Assembly (NCBI GenBank): GCA_021792095.1
Contig: JAJYVH010000001.1
Location: forward strand, 509,324 to 573,323
Source of the DNA: Candidatus Micrarchaeota archaeon
GTDB lineage: Archaea > Micrarchaeota > Micrarchaeia > Micrarchaeales > CABMGC01
Reading direction: 5' to 3'
DNA: 64,000 nt
Shown: in pieces, positions 62,058 through 64,000 of the stretch
How positions within the stretch are numbered: the first letter of the stretch is position 1
How the letters are laid out: each line of letters opens with the position of its first letter
Program-made: the position numbers and the translations under genes
The notes under the pieces: model-generated
The model's database searches: none
What the model saw: the letters and a program-made list of their open reading frames with translations, nothing else
Told to the model about the DNA's origin: nothing

Positions 62058-63366
62058 TCACCCAATCCCCTCGAAAGGAAGCCCACCTCCTCTAGAGGCG
62101 GGATGAATTTCGAGCATAACCCTATTAATATCCTCTCCTAAACAGTTTTGGTTGAAGACGTGGAACGCGCCATTCTTTTGCAGATTGAACCGACGGGCCG
62201 GAAGGAGGCCATACTCGCCGATTTCAGCCGTGAGGCGGTTTCCGAGTTCAATCTGCTGCTCTCCGAGACGGAAGGATGCGAACGGATCCGAGAATTTCAC
62301 CACAAGGTCTGCCATCCTTCCAAAGACAGGACGCATTTCAACATCCAGGTCGTGACCTCCTTGATACGAGATGCCTGGAGGAAGAAATGCGACAGAGTGG
62401 AACGATTGACTGTCAAATTCAATGTTCCACGAAACTGCAAGACCTTTTCCACCAAGTCCCTCGACTTCGTGGAGTTTGGGATAAGACCACGAGACAGGGC
62501 TGCGGTGCCTATTGTGAAGAACAGGAACTGGCAGAGATACAATGCACTCCTTGCGGATGGCTGGGCCTGCAAGACCTACGGGCTGACCTCCGACCTCCAG
62601 ATCGTCGCCTATCTTTCCAAGGGTGAGACGCCAATTCCGCAGAGGAAGAACGTCCTCGGTATCGACTTCAACGCGAAGAACATAGCGGTGACCATCCTCT
62701 CCCCACAGAATAAAGTACTGAGGCAGTCCTACTTCGGAAAGAGGATATGGATACGTCGCAAGGAGATTATGAGACGCCGTGCCATTCTGCAATCCTACGG
62801 AAACGAGAAGGCACTGCGGAGGCAGAAGACCTATGAGAGGAACTTCGTGGGCACGAACCTCGGCCAGACCATCGCCGAGATAATGCGCCTTGCGCTCGAA
62901 TACGATGCAGACATCTCGATAGAGAACCTCAAGAGGTTCAAACCGAAGGGCAGGCGGTTCAACAGGACCGTGATGAGGATGCCCTTCAGGAAGTTCAGGG
63001 AAATCCTTGCCTCCCGCTGTTTCGACAGGAACGTTACGCTCGACATCGTGGACTCGTGGCATACAAGCAAATACTGCAACCACTGCGGTGCTGTGGCTGC
63101 AAACGGGCACAGTCATGGGAACTATGCCCTGTTCAGGTGCAAGGAATGCGGAGTTGCTATGAACTCCGACAGGAACGCAAGCAGAAACATTGCGTTGAAA
63201 TGCCTTTTGGAGCGGAACAATGTCTTCAACCAACAGTCGTTCCAGATTTCCAATAGGGGAGGTCTTGTAAGCGACCTCGGCTTGTCTGATGAAACTGGTT
63301 TGTCGGTTGCTGTGCAACATTCAAATCATCTTGATGGAAAGCCCACAGGCTTTAGTCGTGGGTAGC
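62058..63366 (+). mobile_element. TnpB-only IS200/IS605-family (IS1341-like) element filling the atpH-atpI spacer
   Basis: There is no tnpA. A left-end hairpin lies at 62082-62102 (cccacctc-ctcta-gaggcggg) and a right-end hairpin at 63338-63353 (aaagcc-caca-ggcttt). Both ends share GAAAG..AGCCCAC. It is AT-richer than its flanks. The exact ends are not determined. Confidence 0.5.
62148..63365 (+). CDS. tnpB: TnpB (OrfB_IS605) RNA-guided nuclease family protein
   Basis: RuvC-like residues are LGIDFNAKNI (D), DISIENLK (E) and NSDRNASRNI (D). The zinc finger is CNHCG...CKECG. TTG start. Confidence 0.85.
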   Translation: MVEDVERAILLQIEPTGRKEAILADFSREAVSEFNLLLSETEGCERIREFHHKVCHPSKDRTHFNIQVVTSLIRDAWRKKCDRVERLTVKFNVPRNCKTFSTKSLDFVEFGIRPRDRAAVPIVKNRNWQRYNALLADGWACKTYGLTSDLQIVAYLSKGETPIPQRKNVLGIDFNAKNIAVTILSPQNKVLRQSYFGKRIWIRRKEIMRRRAILQSYGNEKALRRQKTYERNFVGTNLGQTIAEIMRLALEYDADISIENLKRFKPKGRRFNRTVMRMPFRKFREILASRCFDRNVTLDIVDSWHTSKYCNHCGAVAANGHSHGNYALFRCKECGVAMNSDRNASRNIALKCLLERNNVFNQQSFQISNRGGLVSDLGLSDETGLSVAVQHSNHLDGKPTGFSRG

Positions 63367-63702
63367 TTACGCACCATACTCGTCCTCCAGTATCTTTGCG
63401 AACGCGTCCAGCGCGTCCTCGGCGCCCACGTGACCGAGTCCCGACGTCCTGGACTTCCAGCTCTTGGCTATCTCCGCCGCTTTGGCGCCGGCCTCCTTCT
63501 CCGTTTCTGCCATCTTCTTGCTGTATGCAGCCTCGGCCTCCCTCTCGGCCGCGCTCTCGCGGTTCTCGGCGTCCTTCCTGGCGCCCTCTATCTTTTTGGC
63601 GGCCTCCTCCTTCGCCTTCGCCACTTCCTTCTCTACCCTGTCCTCCTTCTCCTTTATCTCCTCGAGCGTCTCCATGTCTGCCATCGAACCACCATCAAAC
63701 AA
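63367..63702 (-). CDS. atpH: A/V-type ATP synthase subunit H (coiled-coil peripheral stalk-like)
   Basis: 111 aa, Glu/Lys/Ala-rich (LEEIKEKEDRVEKEVAKAKEEAAKKIEGARKDAE...), immediately upstream (operon sense) of atpI except for the IS. Confidence 0.55.
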   Translation of the reverse strand: MFDGGSMADMETLEEIKEKEDRVEKEVAKAKEEAAKKIEGARKDAENRESAAEREAEAAYSKKMAETEKEAGAKAAEIAKSWKSRTSGLGHVGAEDALDAFAKILEDEYGA

Positions 63703-63844
63703 TCGTGATTATCGCGAACGCTATGAGCGCCAGGGCCGCCGCGACATTGAACGCAAGCAGCACGATCCTTATCCTGTTGAACGTCGCCGCCGCTCTGCCC
63801 TTCGCTTGGAGCGCGATGCGCTCCGTCGCGTCTGGCTTGTGCAT
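63695..63844 (-). CDS. Possible small tail-anchored membrane protein
   Basis: MHKPDATERIALQAKGRAAATFNRIRIVLLAFNVAAALALIAFAIITIV. It overlaps the atpH start by 8 nt. Start uncertain. Confidence 0.3.
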   Translation of the reverse strand: MHKPDATERIALQAKGRAAATFNRIRIVLLAFNVAAALALIAFAIITIV

Positions 63845-63872
63845 GTAGTTTTTCTCTATGAATTCATTTGCG

Positions 63873-64000
63873 CTATCCACCCAACTTACCCTTTATGAAC
63901 TTTATCGAGACTATCTGGTCCCTCTCCATGTCCTCGAGCCTGAGCTTTATGTAGGCCGCCCTGTCGAGCATGTCGGGTATCGCCACGTTCTCTATGGCGT
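63873..64000 (-). CDS. Partial CDS (C-terminus only, runs off the window end), unknown function
   Basis: A minus-strand frame is open from the window edge, ending ...AIENVAIPDMLDRAAYIKLRLEDMERDQIVSIKFIKGKLGG-stop (cta at 63873-63875). Confidence 0.4.
   Translation of the reverse strand, partial: AIENVAIPDMLDRAAYIKLRLEDMERDQIVSIKFIKGKLGG

Noticed and set aside
62058-63320. 420-aa minus-strand ORF opposite tnpB
   Set aside because: It has no recognisable motifs and is entirely antisense to an ORF with clear TnpB catalytic and zinc-finger motifs.

Overview
By eye this is a GC-rich, gene-dense archaeal chromosomal segment. Archaeal hallmarks include Alba, A/V-type ATPase subunits I and H, endonuclease Q, r-protein L40e, Sec61-beta/SecG, an intron-containing tRNA, a class III (pilin-type) signal peptide and an archaeosortase-like protein. 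Most of it is housekeeping: leuS, argS, four tRNAs, secDF, dinB, trxB, nth, speB, a UbiA prenyltransferase, an ABC-2 exporter and a surface-glycan gene cluster. Visibly AT-richer accessory patches sit at about 3.6-7.5 kb, 20.6-21.4 kb, 30.7-31.4 kb and 62.1-63.4 kb. The best candidate for something undescribed is a family of 56-59 aa proteins that the 60-aa ORF track misses. Three copies lie in a 347-bp head-to-tail array at 12.4-13.4 kb and a fourth at 5.16 kb. All four share a near-identical ~88-nt promoter cassette, and the array sits next to an unusual tandem-Lrp regulator. Other notable items are listed below.
- A TnpB-only IS200/IS605-type element fills the atpH-atpI spacer in antisense orientation.
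- A HerA/DUF87-like ATPase with a beta-sandwich tail is followed by a VapBC pair.
- The TAG stop of a Nudix gene is in frame with 186 further open codons.
- A two-gene module pairs a membrane protein carrying a MITD1-like PLD-fold domain with an HExxH protein.
- There is a stand-alone ThrRS editing domain.
- There is an exported Lon-like S16 protease.
- A 545-bp structured intergenic region remains unassigned.
All calls come from reading the sequence and the translated ORFs. No database search was run.
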